64,000 nucleotides of DNA from an uncultured delta proteobacterium (GCA_963771175.1 CAVYSY010000032.1:352001-416000), one strand, 5' to 3'. Positions 9,129 through 20,263 are shown, numbered from the stretch's first letter. The notes: generated by a model not told the origin, from the letters alone. Made by a program: numbers and translations.

Positions 9129-12083
9129 ATGGGCGGCGCGGCGGAGCTCTTCAACCGACATGTATTCCTGGACCTCGAGACGACGGGGTTGGATCCGCGC
9201 GTCGACGAGGTCATCGAGTTCGGCGCCCTCTTCGTCGAGAACGGTCAGGTGGTGGACCGCTACGTCCACTTCTTCGCCGCCTCGCGCCCCCTGGCCCTCA
9301 CCATCCGCCGGCTCACGGGCATCGAGGACTCGATGCTCGCTGGCATGCCCCGGCTCGCGGACAAGGTGCCCGAGCTGCGCAAGAAGCTCGCCGGCTGGAC
9401 GGTGGTGGCCCACAACGCCTCCTTCGAGAAGGGCTTCCTCCCGGAGCTGCTCGGCCCCATCCGCGCCCCGGTGCTCGACTCGTGCGAGCTGATGCACTAC
9501 CTGCACCCGGAGCTCTCCAGCCACTCGCTGGAGTCCCTGCTCCGCTGGGCCGGCAAGGGCCCTCGCTCGCGGCACCGCGCCATGACGGACTGCGAGGCCA
9601 CCCACGCCGTGCTCGTCCACGCGATGGAGGGCTGCATCCGCGACGGGCGCGCCGAGGACCTCGCCGACCTGCTGGAGACGTTGGATCCACGCGCCGCGCT
9701 GCGGCTGGCGCAGATTGAAGCCGGTGAGTCCGGGCTGGAGCTGGACCTGGAGGGAGATGTCGACCCGGAGGCGAGGCCCCTCGTCTCGCTGCTCACCGGG
9801 CTGTGGAAGCTGTGCCGGGCGAGCCCCGCCGCGCTGAAGCTGGAGGCCACGGGTTTCCTCCCCGGCCGCCCCGAGCGCCTGCGGCTCAACGGCACGAAGC
9901 CACCTCCCGAGCCGGATGAGAGCACCCCCGTGCTGCCCGTGCGCGCCGAGGAGGTGTCGGCGCTGCTCGGCCCCGGCGGTGCCCTGGAGCGCGCCCAGGA
10001 GGGCTTCGCCGCCCGCCCCGCGCAGCTCGAGATGGCCCAGGCCGTGGCGAACACGCTGTCCGACGGTGGGCAGCTCGCGGTGGAGGCCGGCACGGGCACG
10101 GGCAAGTCGCTCGCGTATCTGGCGCCCGCGGCCCTCTTCGCCGCTCGCAACGGGCGCAAGGTGGGCGTGGCTCCCCACACCAAGACGCTGCAGGACCAGC
10201 TCATCGAGAAGGACCTGCCCCGCCTGCACCGCGCCACCGGCGGCGCCTTCTCGTACACGCTCCTCAAGGGCCAGACGAACTACCTCTGCCGCCGCCGCGC
10301 GCTGGACGTCACCCGCGTGGAGCCCGGCATGAGCCACGCCGCCCGCGCTCCCCGGGCCTACCTGCGCGCCCTGATGCGCCGCAGCCTGGATGGAGACCTC
10401 GACCGGCTGAGCCACTGGTTCCGCGATCGCTTCCCCGTGCTCATCGCCCTGGCGCCAGCGGTGCGCTCGGAGGCGGCCACCACGCTCGGCGAGCGCTGCC
10501 CGCACTTCCACCGGTGCTACTACCACTCGGCGGTGGCCCAGGCGCGAGACGCGGACGTGCTCGTCATCAACCAGTCGCTCGCCTTCGCGTGGCCCCAGCG
10601 CTACCCGAAGATGGAGCACCTGGTGCTCGACGAGGCGCACGAGGTGGAGGACGTGGCCACCACCGCGCTCTCCTCGGAGCTGTCGGACTTCGCCTTCAGC
10701 CGGCTCACCGAGCGGCTCCACGGACGCGACGGGCGGCGCGGTCTCTTCGCTGAATTGCGACGGGCCCTCTTCGCCTCGCGGCGCGCGGAGGCTCGCGTGC
10801 TGATGAGCGAGATTGAAAGCGCCCTGCTCTCGGTGGGCTCTGCCGTGCGGGGGCTGGGCGAGCGCGTGGTGGCCCTGTGCGAGCCGGCCTCCGCGAGTGC
10901 CTCCGAGGACGCGGACGAGACCGCCTACGCGCCGGAGCTGCGCATCACCGCCGAGGTGCGGGCCTCTCCCGCGTGGGAGCCGGTGCGCGAGGGCCTGCTG
11001 GACGTGCGCGAGTGCATCCAGTCGCTGCACAAGCTGCTCACGGTGGGGCTGCCGGAGATATTGCCGGACCTGGCGGTGAAGATTCCGCCGCTGGAGCGAG
11101 AGCTGGCGGGGGCCGTCGCGGAGGTGCTGGAGCTGACGACGCTCGCGTCCGAGCTGTCCGACGAGCCGGCGGAGGGCCGGTGCTACGCGGCCACGGCGGT
11201 GCCTCGCAAGCAGCGCTGGAGCCTGAGCGCGCAGCCGGTGAACGTGGCGGCCTACGTGTCGCGGGACTTCGCGCAGCACAAGCGGTCGCTGGTGCTGGCC
11301 TCGGCCACGCTGAGCACGGGCACCGAGCGGATGCCGTACGTGCTCGGGCGGCTGGGGTTGGACGGGCGCAACGAGGGCATCCCCGCGCCCCGGATGCTGC
11401 GCGCGCCCACGCCCTTTGATTTGCGCAAGCAGGCGCTGGTGGTACTGGTGACGGACGCTCCGCGCGCGCACGAGGAGGCGTTCATCGACTGGGCCGCGAC
11501 GCGCGTGTCGGGGCTGGCGCAGGTGATGGGCGGGCGGGTGCTGGGGCTGTTCGCCTCGACGCGGCGGATGGAGCGCGTGGGCGACCAGGTGAAGGCGCGG
11601 CTGGAGCCGCAGGGCATCGAGGTGATGCGGCAGTCGCGCGGGCACGGACGCTCGCTGGCGGCGCGGCAGGAGAAGGACACCGGCACGGTGCTGCTGGGGA
11701 CGAAGAGCTTCTGGCAGGGCGTGGACATCCCCGGCCGGGGCGTGGGCTGCGTCTTCATCGACAAGCTGCCGCTGGAGCCCGCCAGCCGCCCGCTGGTGGC
11801 CGCGCGCGAGGAGCCCCTGGCTCGTGGAGGCAACGCGCACCTGGGCTTCCTCCACTACCGGCTCCCCCGCGCGCTGCTGATGCTGCGCCAGGGCGTGGGC
11901 CGGCTCATCCGCTCGCACGGGGATCGGGGCGTGGTCGTCATCGCCGACCCCGGCCATCCCAGCTACCGGCAACTGCTGCTGGACGCGCTCGCCGGCTACC
12001 GCGTGGAGCTGCTCCCCTGGTCCGAGGCCCGCGTGCGCATCTACGCCGCCATCGAGGAGATGGGGCTCATCCGCAGGGCCTGA
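9129..12083 (+). CDS. dinG: DEDDh 3'-5' exonuclease fused to DinG-family helicase
   Basis: FLDLETTG, AHNASF, HRAMTD exonuclease motifs; AGTGTGKS, DEAH, LASATL, FWQGVD, QGVGRLIR helicase motifs. Confidence 0.9.
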   Translation: MGGAAELFNRHVFLDLETTGLDPRVDEVIEFGALFVENGQVVDRYVHFFAASRPLALTIRRLTGIEDSMLAGMPRLADKVPELRKKLAGWTVVAHNASFEKGFLPELLGPIRAPVLDSCELMHYLHPELSSHSLESLLRWAGKGPRSRHRAMTDCEATHAVLVHAMEGCIRDGRAEDLADLLETLDPRAALRLAQIEAGESGLELDLEGDVDPEARPLVSLLTGLWKLCRASPAALKLEATGFLPGRPERLRLNGTKPPPEPDESTPVLPVRAEEVSALLGPGGALERAQEGFAARPAQLEMAQAVANTLSDGGQLAVEAGTGTGKSLAYLAPAALFAARNGRKVGVAPHTKTLQDQLIEKDLPRLHRATGGAFSYTLLKGQTNYLCRRRALDVTRVEPGMSHAARAPRAYLRALMRRSLDGDLDRLSHWFRDRFPVLIALAPAVRSEAATTLGERCPHFHRCYYHSAVAQARDADVLVINQSLAFAWPQRYPKMEHLVLDEAHEVEDVATTALSSELSDFAFSRLTERLHGRDGRRGLFAELRRALFASRRAEARVLMSEIESALLSVGSAVRGLGERVVALCEPASASASEDADETAYAPELRITAEVRASPAWEPVREGLLDVRECIQSLHKLLTVGLPEILPDLAVKIPPLERELAGAVAEVLELTTLASELSDEPAEGRCYAATAVPRKQRWSLSAQPVNVAAYVSRDFAQHKRSLVLASATLSTGTERMPYVLGRLGLDGRNEGIPAPRMLRAPTPFDLRKQALVVLVTDAPRAHEEAFIDWAATRVSGLAQVMGGRVLGLFASTRRMERVGDQVKARLEPQGIEVMRQSRGHGRSLAARQEKDTGTVLLGTKSFWQGVDIPGRGVGCVFIDKLPLEPASRPLVAAREEPLARGGNAHLGFLHYRLPRALLMLRQGVGRLIRSHGDRGVVVIADPGHPSYRQLLLDALAGYRVELLPWSEARVRIYAAIEEMGLIRRA

Positions 12084-12169
12084 GTCAGGCCGAGCCCTGT
12101 TGTGGCTCCTCCAGAGCTACGAACCTGCTTCAGGAAGCTACCACCCGGCGCGGAGGACTTCGGGCCAGC

Positions 12170-12916
12170 TCACGTTTCCCACTCGAACGTGTCCGCCGCC
12201 TCCTCGATGATGCGGGGCGCCAGCACCTTGAGCAGGTCCTCGGGCTTCGCTCCCGACGCCTGCACCTCCACATCTCCCAGCAGCGCCTGGTCCGGATAGC
12301 CGATGCACACCATCCGCACCACCAGGCCTCCTTCTTCCGTGGGCTGGATCTCCGCCGTCACCCGGAAGCCGGAGATGCCGTGCTTGCGCAGCACCCCCTT
12401 CGCCGCCGCCTTGCTCTCCTTCGCCGGGGCCAGCATCGCGCCCATCTGCGCCAGCTTCCGCCGCATCCGGGCCTCGGTGACCTTCACCACCTCCGGCCGC
12501 AGCTTGCCCGTCTTGTCCTTCACCCCACCGAGCTGCACGTAGACCTTCGGGGGGAGTGCCTTCAGCGCCTGGAGCGTCTCGATGGACGCCTTGATGGCCG
12601 TCTGCGCCGCCGCGTCCGTCTCGCTCTTGCGGGCCTTCAAGCACTCCAGCCCGGCCACTTCCTTCAGCTTCCCCAGCGCCTGGGCCGCCGCCGCGCGCAC
12701 CTGCTCGCTCGGGTCCTTCAGCCCGTCGCACAGCGGCTTGAGTGCCTCTGGATCATCCGAGGACCCCAGGCCCTGTGCGGCCTGGGAGCGCAACCGCGGC
12801 TCCTGCCCCTGACCGAGCTGTTTGCTCAGCGAGGCGATCCGGGAATCCACCTGGGCCAGCACAGCACCAGGCAGGGTGAGCAGGACGAGGGCGAGCAGCG
12901 AGAACGGGCTCCGCAT
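12170..12916 (-). CDS. Secreted HEAT/PBS-lyase repeat protein (paralog 1)
   Basis: Signal peptide; LCDGLKDPSEQVRAAAAQALGKL HEAT repeat. Confidence 0.85.
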   Translation of the reverse strand: MRSPFSLLALVLLTLPGAVLAQVDSRIASLSKQLGQGQEPRLRSQAAQGLGSSDDPEALKPLCDGLKDPSEQVRAAAAQALGKLKEVAGLECLKARKSETDAAAQTAIKASIETLQALKALPPKVYVQLGGVKDKTGKLRPEVVKVTEARMRRKLAQMGAMLAPAKESKAAAKGVLRKHGISGFRVTAEIQPTEEGGLVVRMVCIGYPDQALLGDVEVQASGAKPEDLLKVLAPRIIEEAADTFEWET

Positions 12917-12981
12917 TCAGGGGACGAATCCTAGCCTGGACCGTGGCGAGAAACGCACGCCTCCGGGCATGGCGCGCCGCG

Positions 12982-13722
12982 CTACTTCCACTGGAACGAG
13001 CTCGAGACCTCCTCGATGGACTCGGGCGCCAGGGCCGCGAGCAACTCCCCCGGCTCCGCCCCGGCGGCATGAACCTGCACGGTCCCGAGGAGCTGCTTTC
13101 CCGGGTAGCGCACCCACATCACCGACAGCTTCAGCCCGCCTTCGGGCCCGGGGCGAATCTCACCCACCAGCCTGTAGCCCTGAATCTTATGCTTGCGCAG
13201 CACCCCCTTGGCCGCCGCCTCGCTCTCCTTCTCCGGAGCCAGCCACGCCCCCTTCTGGGCCAGCTTCCGCCGCATCCGGGCCTCGGTGGACTTCACCAGT
13301 TCCGGAGACACCGTCCCCGTCGTGTCCTTCACCCCTTCGAGCCTCACATACACGCGGGGGGGCCGTGCCTTCAGCGCCCGCAGCCGCTCAAGCGCCGACC
13401 CAAGGGCCGCCTGCGCCGCCGCGTCCGTCTCCTCCTTCAGGGCCTCCAGGCACTCCAGCCCGGCCACCTCCCCCAGCTTCCCCAGCGCCTCGGCCGCCGC
13501 CGCCCGGACCTCCCCGCCCGGGTCCTTCAGCCCCTCGCACAGGGGCCCGAGCGCCTCCGGGTCCTCCGATTCCCCCAGGACGCGGGCCGCCTGGAGGCGG
13601 TGCTCGGGGGCGGCACCCTGCCGCAGCGTCCTCCCGAGGGAGACGGTCTGCGGGTCTGTCTGGGCCAGGACGCCTGCAGGGAGGGCAAGCAGGAGGAGGA
13701 CAAGGTGGGATGGGGAGCGCAT
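12982..13722 (-). CDS. Secreted HEAT/PBS-lyase repeat protein (paralog 2, tandem duplicate)
   Basis: Collinear similarity with 12170-12916 (LCEGLKDPGGEVRAAAAEALGKL; EARMRRKLAQ; AAAKGVLRKH). Confidence 0.85.
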   Translation of the reverse strand: MRSPSHLVLLLLALPAGVLAQTDPQTVSLGRTLRQGAAPEHRLQAARVLGESEDPEALGPLCEGLKDPGGEVRAAAAEALGKLGEVAGLECLEALKEETDAAAQAALGSALERLRALKARPPRVYVRLEGVKDTTGTVSPELVKSTEARMRRKLAQKGAWLAPEKESEAAAKGVLRKHKIQGYRLVGEIRPGPEGGLKLSVMWVRYPGKQLLGTVQVHAAGAEPGELLAALAPESIEEVSSSFQWK

Positions 13723-13794
13723 GTCAGGCGGTCGATCCTAGCCCGGTCCACAAGAAACGCAGCGCACCCACCACTTGTGGCATATACCCTCACC

Positions 13795-16497
13795 ATGTCC
13801 TCTGTCCTGTCCGCCTCCCAGATTCGCGAGGCGTTCCTCAAGTTCTTCGAGGAGCGCGGCCACCGCCGTGTGGCGTCGTCGTCCCTCGTCCCCCAGAACG
13901 ACCCCACCCTGCTGTTCACCAACGCAGGCATGGTCCAGTTCAAGGACGTCTTCACCGGCCGCGAGAAGCGCGACTACTCGCGCGCCACCACCTCGCAGAA
14001 GTGCGTGCGCGCCGGTGGCAAGCACAACGACCTCGACAACGTGGGCTACACCGCGCGCCACCACACGTTCTTCGAGATGCTCGGCAACTTCTCCTTCGGC
14101 GACTACTTCAAGGCCGACGCCATCGCGTACGGCTGGGAGTTCGTGACGAAGACGCTCGGGCTCGACACGAAGCGGCTCGCCGTCACCGTGTTCAACGGCG
14201 AGGGCGGCATCCCCTGGGACGAGGAGGCCTTCGAGCTGTGGGCGAAGCAGGGCGTGCCCCGCGAGAGCATCTACAAGCTCGGCCTCAAGGACAACTTCTG
14301 GGCCATGGGCGACACCGGCCCGTGCGGCCCGTGCTCCGAAATCCACTACCACCAGGGCGACGACATCCCCTGCGCCGAGGTGGCCGCGGGCCAGCCCTGC
14401 AAGGGCGTGGCGTGCGACTGCGACCGGTGGCTGGAAATCTGGAACCTCGTGTTCATGCAGTTCGAGCGCAAGGAGAAGGACGCGCCGCTCATCCCCCTGC
14501 CCAAGCCGTCCATCGACACGGGCGCGGGCCTGGAGCGCATCGCCTCCGTCGTGCAGGGCAAGCGCTCCAATTACGACACGGACCTGTTCCAGAACATCCT
14601 CGCCAAGGTGAGCGAGCTGGTGGGCAAGCCCTACACCCAGGAGGGCGGGGCCTCCATGCGCGTCGTGGCGGACCACAGCCGCGCGGCCGCGTTCCTCATC
14701 TCCGACGGCGTGCAGCCCTCCAACGAGGGGCGCGGCTACGTCCTGCGCCGCATCATGCGCCGCGCCATCCGCCACGGCTCGCTGCTGGGGTTGGACGAGG
14801 TCTTCTTCTCCAAGGTCGTGGACCGCGTCATCGAGCTCATGGGCGACGCCTACCCCGAGCTGCGCGAGAGCCGCACCTTCGCGCTCGAGGTCTGCAAGCA
14901 CGAGGAGGAGAGCTTCCGCCGCACGCTCAACCGCGGCCTGAAGCTCATCGACGAGGAAGTGGCCCGGATGAAGCAGTCCGGGGAGAAGGTCCTCTCCGGC
15001 GAGAAGGTCTGGGAGCTCCACGGCACCTACGGCTTCCCGTGGGATCTCACGGAGATCATCCTCAAGGAGCGCGGCTTCGAGGCCGACATCAAGGGCTACG
15101 AGAAGCTCAAGAAGGAGGAGGCCGAGAAGGGCACGGACGAGGGCGGCGTCACCAAGGACAAGGCCATCGCCACCGTCCACCTCAAGCTCCTGGAGCGGCT
15201 GGGCCCCACCCAGTTCCTCGGCTACGACGGCGAGGGTCACGAGGGCGAGGGCTCCGTGCGCGCCATCATCAACAAGGGTGGCGTCGAGCTGACCGAGGCC
15301 ACCGCGGGTGACGAGGTGGAGCTGGTGCTCGACCGCACGCCCTTCTACGGCGAGTCCGGCGGCCAGCAGGGCGACACGGGCCGCATCGTGGGCCACGGCG
15401 GCAAGTCGGTGGCGCAGGTGGAGGACGCGCAGCGCCCGGTGTCGGGCCTCATCGTCCACAAGGTGAAGGTGACCCAGGGCACCTTCAAGGTGGGCGACAT
15501 GGTGCAGGCCGGCGTGGACGGCCAGCGCCGCTCGTCCATCCGCGCCAACCACTCGGCCACGCACCTGCTGCACAAGGCGCTCAAGATGGAGCTGGGCGAG
15601 CACGTCAAGCAGGCCGGCTCCGTGGTGGCGCCGGACTACCTGCGCTTCGACTTCTCGCACTTCGCGCCCATGACGCACGAGCAGCTCGACCAGGTGGAGG
15701 ACATCGTCAACACCTGGGTGCGCGAGAACACCGAGGCGCAGACGCGCGTCATGAACCTGGACGACGCGAAGAAGTCCGGCGCCGTCGCCATGTTCGGCGA
15801 GAAGTACGGCGAGACGGTGCGCGTCGTCACCGTGCACCCCCAGTCCACCGAGCTGTGCGGCGGCACCCACGTGCGACGCAGCGGTGACATCGGGCTCTTC
15901 AAAGTCGTCAGCGAGGCCGGCGTGGCCTCGGGCGTGCGGCGCATCACCGCCGTCACCGGCGTGGGCGCGCTCCAGTACGTGCGCGACACCGAGCGCGAGC
16001 TGAAGAAGGCCGCCGAGCTGCTGAAGACCTCTCCCAAGGATCTGGTCAAGCGCGTCGAGGCCACGCAGAAGCGCGTGAAGGAGCTGGAGCGCAAGGTCGA
16101 GGAGGTGGCCGTCAAGGCGCAGGCCGGCTCCAGCAAGGACCTGATGGAGCAGGCGCGCGACATCAACGGCATGAAGGTGCTCGCCACGCGGATGGACCCG
16201 GCGGACCCCAACGTGTTCCGCGGGCTGGCGGACCAGCTGCGCGACCGCATCAAGTCCGGCGTCATCGCCATCGGCGGCGAGAAGGACGGCAAGGTGGTCC
16301 TGCTCGTGGCGGCCACCAAGGACGTGGTGGCCAAGGGCATCCACGCCGGCAACCTGCTGCGCGACATGGCCAAGGAGGTCAACGGCCGTGGCGGTGGCAA
16401 GCCGGACCTGGCCCAGGGCGGCGGCGAGGACCCCTCGCGCATCCCCGCGGCCTTCGACAAGCTGTACGAGCTGGTGAAGGGGACCACCCTCGCATGA
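13795..16497 (+). CDS. alaS: Alanine--tRNA ligase
   Basis: LLFTNAGMVQFK, RHHTFFEMLGNFSFGDYFK, GPCGPCSEI, DTGAGLER, NHSATHLLH, ELCGGTH, GGGKPDLAQ. Confidence 0.99.
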   Translation: MSSVLSASQIREAFLKFFEERGHRRVASSSLVPQNDPTLLFTNAGMVQFKDVFTGREKRDYSRATTSQKCVRAGGKHNDLDNVGYTARHHTFFEMLGNFSFGDYFKADAIAYGWEFVTKTLGLDTKRLAVTVFNGEGGIPWDEEAFELWAKQGVPRESIYKLGLKDNFWAMGDTGPCGPCSEIHYHQGDDIPCAEVAAGQPCKGVACDCDRWLEIWNLVFMQFERKEKDAPLIPLPKPSIDTGAGLERIASVVQGKRSNYDTDLFQNILAKVSELVGKPYTQEGGASMRVVADHSRAAAFLISDGVQPSNEGRGYVLRRIMRRAIRHGSLLGLDEVFFSKVVDRVIELMGDAYPELRESRTFALEVCKHEEESFRRTLNRGLKLIDEEVARMKQSGEKVLSGEKVWELHGTYGFPWDLTEIILKERGFEADIKGYEKLKKEEAEKGTDEGGVTKDKAIATVHLKLLERLGPTQFLGYDGEGHEGEGSVRAIINKGGVELTEATAGDEVELVLDRTPFYGESGGQQGDTGRIVGHGGKSVAQVEDAQRPVSGLIVHKVKVTQGTFKVGDMVQAGVDGQRRSSIRANHSATHLLHKALKMELGEHVKQAGSVVAPDYLRFDFSHFAPMTHEQLDQVEDIVNTWVRENTEAQTRVMNLDDAKKSGAVAMFGEKYGETVRVVTVHPQSTELCGGTHVRRSGDIGLFKVVSEAGVASGVRRITAVTGVGALQYVRDTERELKKAAELLKTSPKDLVKRVEATQKRVKELERKVEEVAVKAQAGSSKDLMEQARDINGMKVLATRMDPADPNVFRGLADQLRDRIKSGVIAIGGEKDGKVVLLVAATKDVVAKGIHAGNLLRDMAKEVNGRGGGKPDLAQGGGEDPSRIPAAFDKLYELVKGTTLA

Positions 16498-17134
16498 GCC
16501 CGTACGCCCGTGGCCTCGCGGCGCTTCTCTGCTCGGCGGCCCTCCTCGGGGGCTGCAAGAAGGAGGAGCCCGCGCCCGACGAGGACCGCACCCTGGCGAA
16601 GCTGCGCCAGGAGGTGGATCGCGTGAACCAGGGGGGGCGACCTCCGGCCCTCCCGAGGCCGCCGAGTCCACCGACCCCAACGCGCGCCTCGCCGGGCTGG
16701 CCGCGGGCCATGAAGAGGACCGGGCGAAGCAGCTCACCCCGCCCGGCTCCAATGACACCGTGCACGTGGACTCGTTCGCCGTGAAGCTCACCAACCTGGA
16801 GTCGCTGCACTCGCTGCGCGGCACCGGCAAGGTGAGCCTCACCACCGACGAGCTCTTCGTCCGCGCGGAGCTCATCGTCCAGAACGTCGGCGCACAGTCC
16901 GAGCATCTCGCGCTCTCGGAGGCGAAACTGGTGGACGCCGAAGGCAAGGAGTACCCCATCGCTCGCGACGCCCAGACCCTCGCCGGCACGCGCAAGCTGG
17001 ACCGCACCTGGGAGAAGGGCCAGAGAGACTCGTACGTCCTCCTCTTCGAAGTGCCCCCGTCCGCTATCGCTCCCGAGCTGACCCTCGTGCTGCCCGCGAG
17101 CAGCAGCACGGCCACTCGCATCCCCCTGCAATGA
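16494..17134 (+). CDS. Lipoprotein with Ig-like (DUF4352-like) domain; frameshift in G run 16631-16637
   Basis: Lipobox LLGGC; adding one G joins the two ORF halves (..VNQGGATSGPPE..NDTVHVDSFAVK..LLFEVP); ATGA overlap with alaS. Confidence 0.75.
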
Positions 17135-17160
17135 GCTCCTTCGGGCGGCGGTGACGGACA

Positions 17161-20138
17161 GTGACGGTCGAGCCCAAGCTCCTCCCGCTGCGCATCCGTC
17201 TTCCGTACGCCACGGAGGAGGAGTTCATCGAGAAGTACGGCGCCAACGTCGCGCGCGGGGGCCTCTTCATCGCCACGCGCTCGCCCAAGCCCGAGGGCAC
17301 GGGGCTCTCCTTCGAGTTGGTGCTGGTGGACGGCGGGCGCCTGCTGCGCGGCGAGGGCGTGGTGGTGAAGGCCCAGCCCGAGGGCCCTCGCGCCGGAATG
17401 ACCGTGCGCTTCGTGCGCCTCGATGCCTTCAGCAAGGCGCTCATCGACCGCATCGTGAGCCGCAGGAGCCAGCTCAAGGAGGGCACGGCTGAGCCTGGTG
17501 CCGCGCCCACGCCCGGGCCGGAGCAGACGCCGGCGGTACTCACCGAGGGAGCGACGACAGGCAAGCGCGGGCGCCCCGTCATCTCGGCGGAGGCGCTTCG
17601 CAAGCAGGTGGCGATGTCCGCATCCCAACCCACCGCTCCCGTCGCGCCGAAGCCGACAGCCCCCGCCCCTCCAGAGCAAGGCGTCCCGGTCGCACGCAAG
17701 CCGGCCGCCCCCGCTGCTCCGCCTCGGGCCGTTGCCGTCCCGCCCGCGCCCAACCCGGCCGCGCCAGCGCCAGTGGCTCCCGCCGCGCCCCAGCAGGCCG
17801 CCACCCGCGCGCAGCAGCCGGCGGCCAAGGCTCCAGCTCGGCCGTCGGCCCCGCCCGCCTCGAAACCGGCCGCGGCCCCTCCGCCAGCGCCGGCGAAGCC
17901 TCCCGTCACCGCCGAGCAGCAGGCTCCGGCCACACCACGGCCGCCCCTCGCGGCGCCACCGGAGAGAACCCCGGTCGTGCCTCCCGTGGCGCAGGCGGTC
18001 CCCACCGAGCCCTGGCAGGGAGCGCCCTCCGCGCCAGAACCCGCGAGCCCCCCCGCTCCGACGGAGCGCCCCGTCACGGTGGCACCCGAGCGCACCACGC
18101 CCGAGGTGCCCCCGCGCCCCACGACCCAGGACCTCATCGCCAACGCCGTCCTGGAGCATCTCGACCCCGGCGCACCGGAGTCCTCCCCGAGCGACTTCGG
18201 GGAGCCCGAGTCACTCGACCTCGTCGTCCCCGAGCCTCCCGCGCCCCCGGCACCAGCACGAACAGCGCCCGCTCCGACGGAGCCGCCCGCTCTCGTGACT
18301 CCGGAGCCCCCGCGCCCGCCCCGGTGGAGCAGCCCGTCACCGCGACGCCGCCACCATCCGCTCCCGTCACGGCGGAGCCCGCCCCCGCCCCGACCGCTCG
18401 TGAGGCACCTTCCCCCATCGAGCCTCGCGAGCGCCCCTCGGCACTCCCGGAGGTCGCCCGCGACGTTCCTCCCATCCCCGAGGAGCCCCGCCGCCCCTCC
18501 CCCGAGCTCAAGGGGCGCCGCCGCGCCATCCTCGACGTGCCCGTGACCCCTCCCGTGACGGCCACGCACCCCGAGGTGGTGCTCGGCATCGATCTCGGGA
18601 CCTCGCAGGCCCGCGTCGCCGTCCACCACCAGGGCACGCTCCGGCTCGTTCCCCTCGGTGAGGCCCAATCCCTCCCCTCGCTCGTGGCGGTGGACGAGAC
18701 GGGTCAGCTCCTCGTGGGCGCCGCCGCCAGGGCCGAGGCCGGGCGCAATCCGCGCCATGCCGCCCTCGGGCTCCGCCGCTTCCTCGGGCTGCGCGCCCGC
18801 TCGCCCCTGGTGCGCGCGTTCGGCGGGCCCCTGCCCTTCCCCATCGCCGCTGGCCCCCATGGCGACATCAGCGTCGAGCTGCGCGGTGGGGGCATCCTCC
18901 TCCCCGAGCTCGCGGCCCGGCTCCTGCGCGAGCTCAAGTCCGCCTCCAGCACCTTCCTCGGCCACGAGGCCACGCGGGCCGTCCTCTGCGTCCCCGCCCA
19001 CTTCGATGACCGCCAGCGCGCCGCCATGCGCGAGGCGGGCGCGCTCGCCGGGCTCAACGTCCTGCGCCTCCTCAGCGCCCCCTCGGCCGCGGCGCTCGCC
19101 TTCGGCCATGAGCGGGGGCTCGCCCGCAAGCGCATCCTCGTGGTGGAGATCGGCGGCGGCGGCCTCGATGTGTCCGTCGTGCAGCTCACCGGCGACGACC
19201 TCGAGGTCATCACCACCGGGGGCGACCCCACCGTGGGCGGCCTGGACTTCGACGCACGCGTCGCCGAGGCGCTCGCCAGTGAGCTCCAGGCCCAGGGTGT
19301 CCCGCGCCCCGAGCACCCGTTCGACTGGGCCCCGCTGCTCGCCGCCGCCGAGGCCGCCAAGGTGGCCCTCAGCGAGCAGGAGCAGGTCTCAGTCCCTCTG
19401 CCTGGTGGCCTGCCCGCGCTCACCCTCGACCGCGAGCGCCTGGAGGCCCTCACCGCGGACCTCGTGCAGCGCATCACCCTCGTGGTCCGCCAGGTGCTCG
19501 AGTCCAGCGCGCTCACGCCACAGGGGCTCGACGAGGTGCTCCTCCTCGGAGGCCAGGGCCGCTCGCCCCTGGTGCGCCGCCGGCTGGAGGAGAGCCTGGG
19601 CGTGCCCGTGCGCGCGGACGTGGAGTCCACCCACTCGGCGGCGCTCGGCGCGGCGCTGCTGGGCCGGGGCCTCCTCGACGCCGAGGCGGGCAAGCCCGGC
19701 GCCACCGTCTCCGAGGTGCTCTCCGTCCCCATCGGCGTGGCCGAGCGCGGGGGCACGCTGCGCCGCGTCTTCGAGCGCAACACCCGCCTCCCCGCGGAGA
19801 AGACGCTCGTGCTCCCCGTCACGCCGGGGCCGCTCTCGCTCGCCCTCTTCCAGGGGCCCTCGTCGGTGGCGGCGGAGAACGAGTATCTCGGCACGCTCGC
19901 GTTCTCCATCGAGCGCCCCGGCGAGGCCGAGGTCCACTTCAGCCTCTCGCAGGACGGGACGCTCTCGCTCGCCGCCACGCTGCCGGGCGTGAAGCGCCAC
20001 CCGGTCACCCTGGCCGCGGACATGCCCGAGGACGCGGAGCTGGAGGCCGTCATCGCCCGCTCGCCGCTGGAGGGCGAGCCCGAGACGCGTCCGGGCGGGC
20101 TCCTCTCCGGTCTGCGCAAGCTCTTCGGGCGCCGCTAG
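17161..20138 (+). CDS. Myxococcal TIGR02266/PilZ-like domain + Pro-rich linker + Hsp70-like domain; frameshift in C run ~18307-18311
   Basis: EFIEKYGANVARGGLFIAT...GEGVV...GMTVRF N-terminus; GIDLGTS, VPAHFDDRQR, GGLDFD, VLLLGG in the C-terminal half. Confidence 0.85.
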
Positions 20139-20263
20139 CGGGGAGCTTCGCATCGGGTTGCGTCGAGGGCGTGGGTGCCATCTACTTGCCCCGCCGAGAG
20201 GCGGGCTGCAGTCTCAGTCCCTCCCGTCCTACATCTCGCAGCCTCATCGGCATCGTGGTGGCC

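Noticed and set aside
13738..18159. Very long antisense ORFs (1473 aa here; also 249-2087, 9108-11972, 23196-25670)
   Set aside because: Shadow frames of real genes caused by high G/C at third codon positions; no recognisable motifs.
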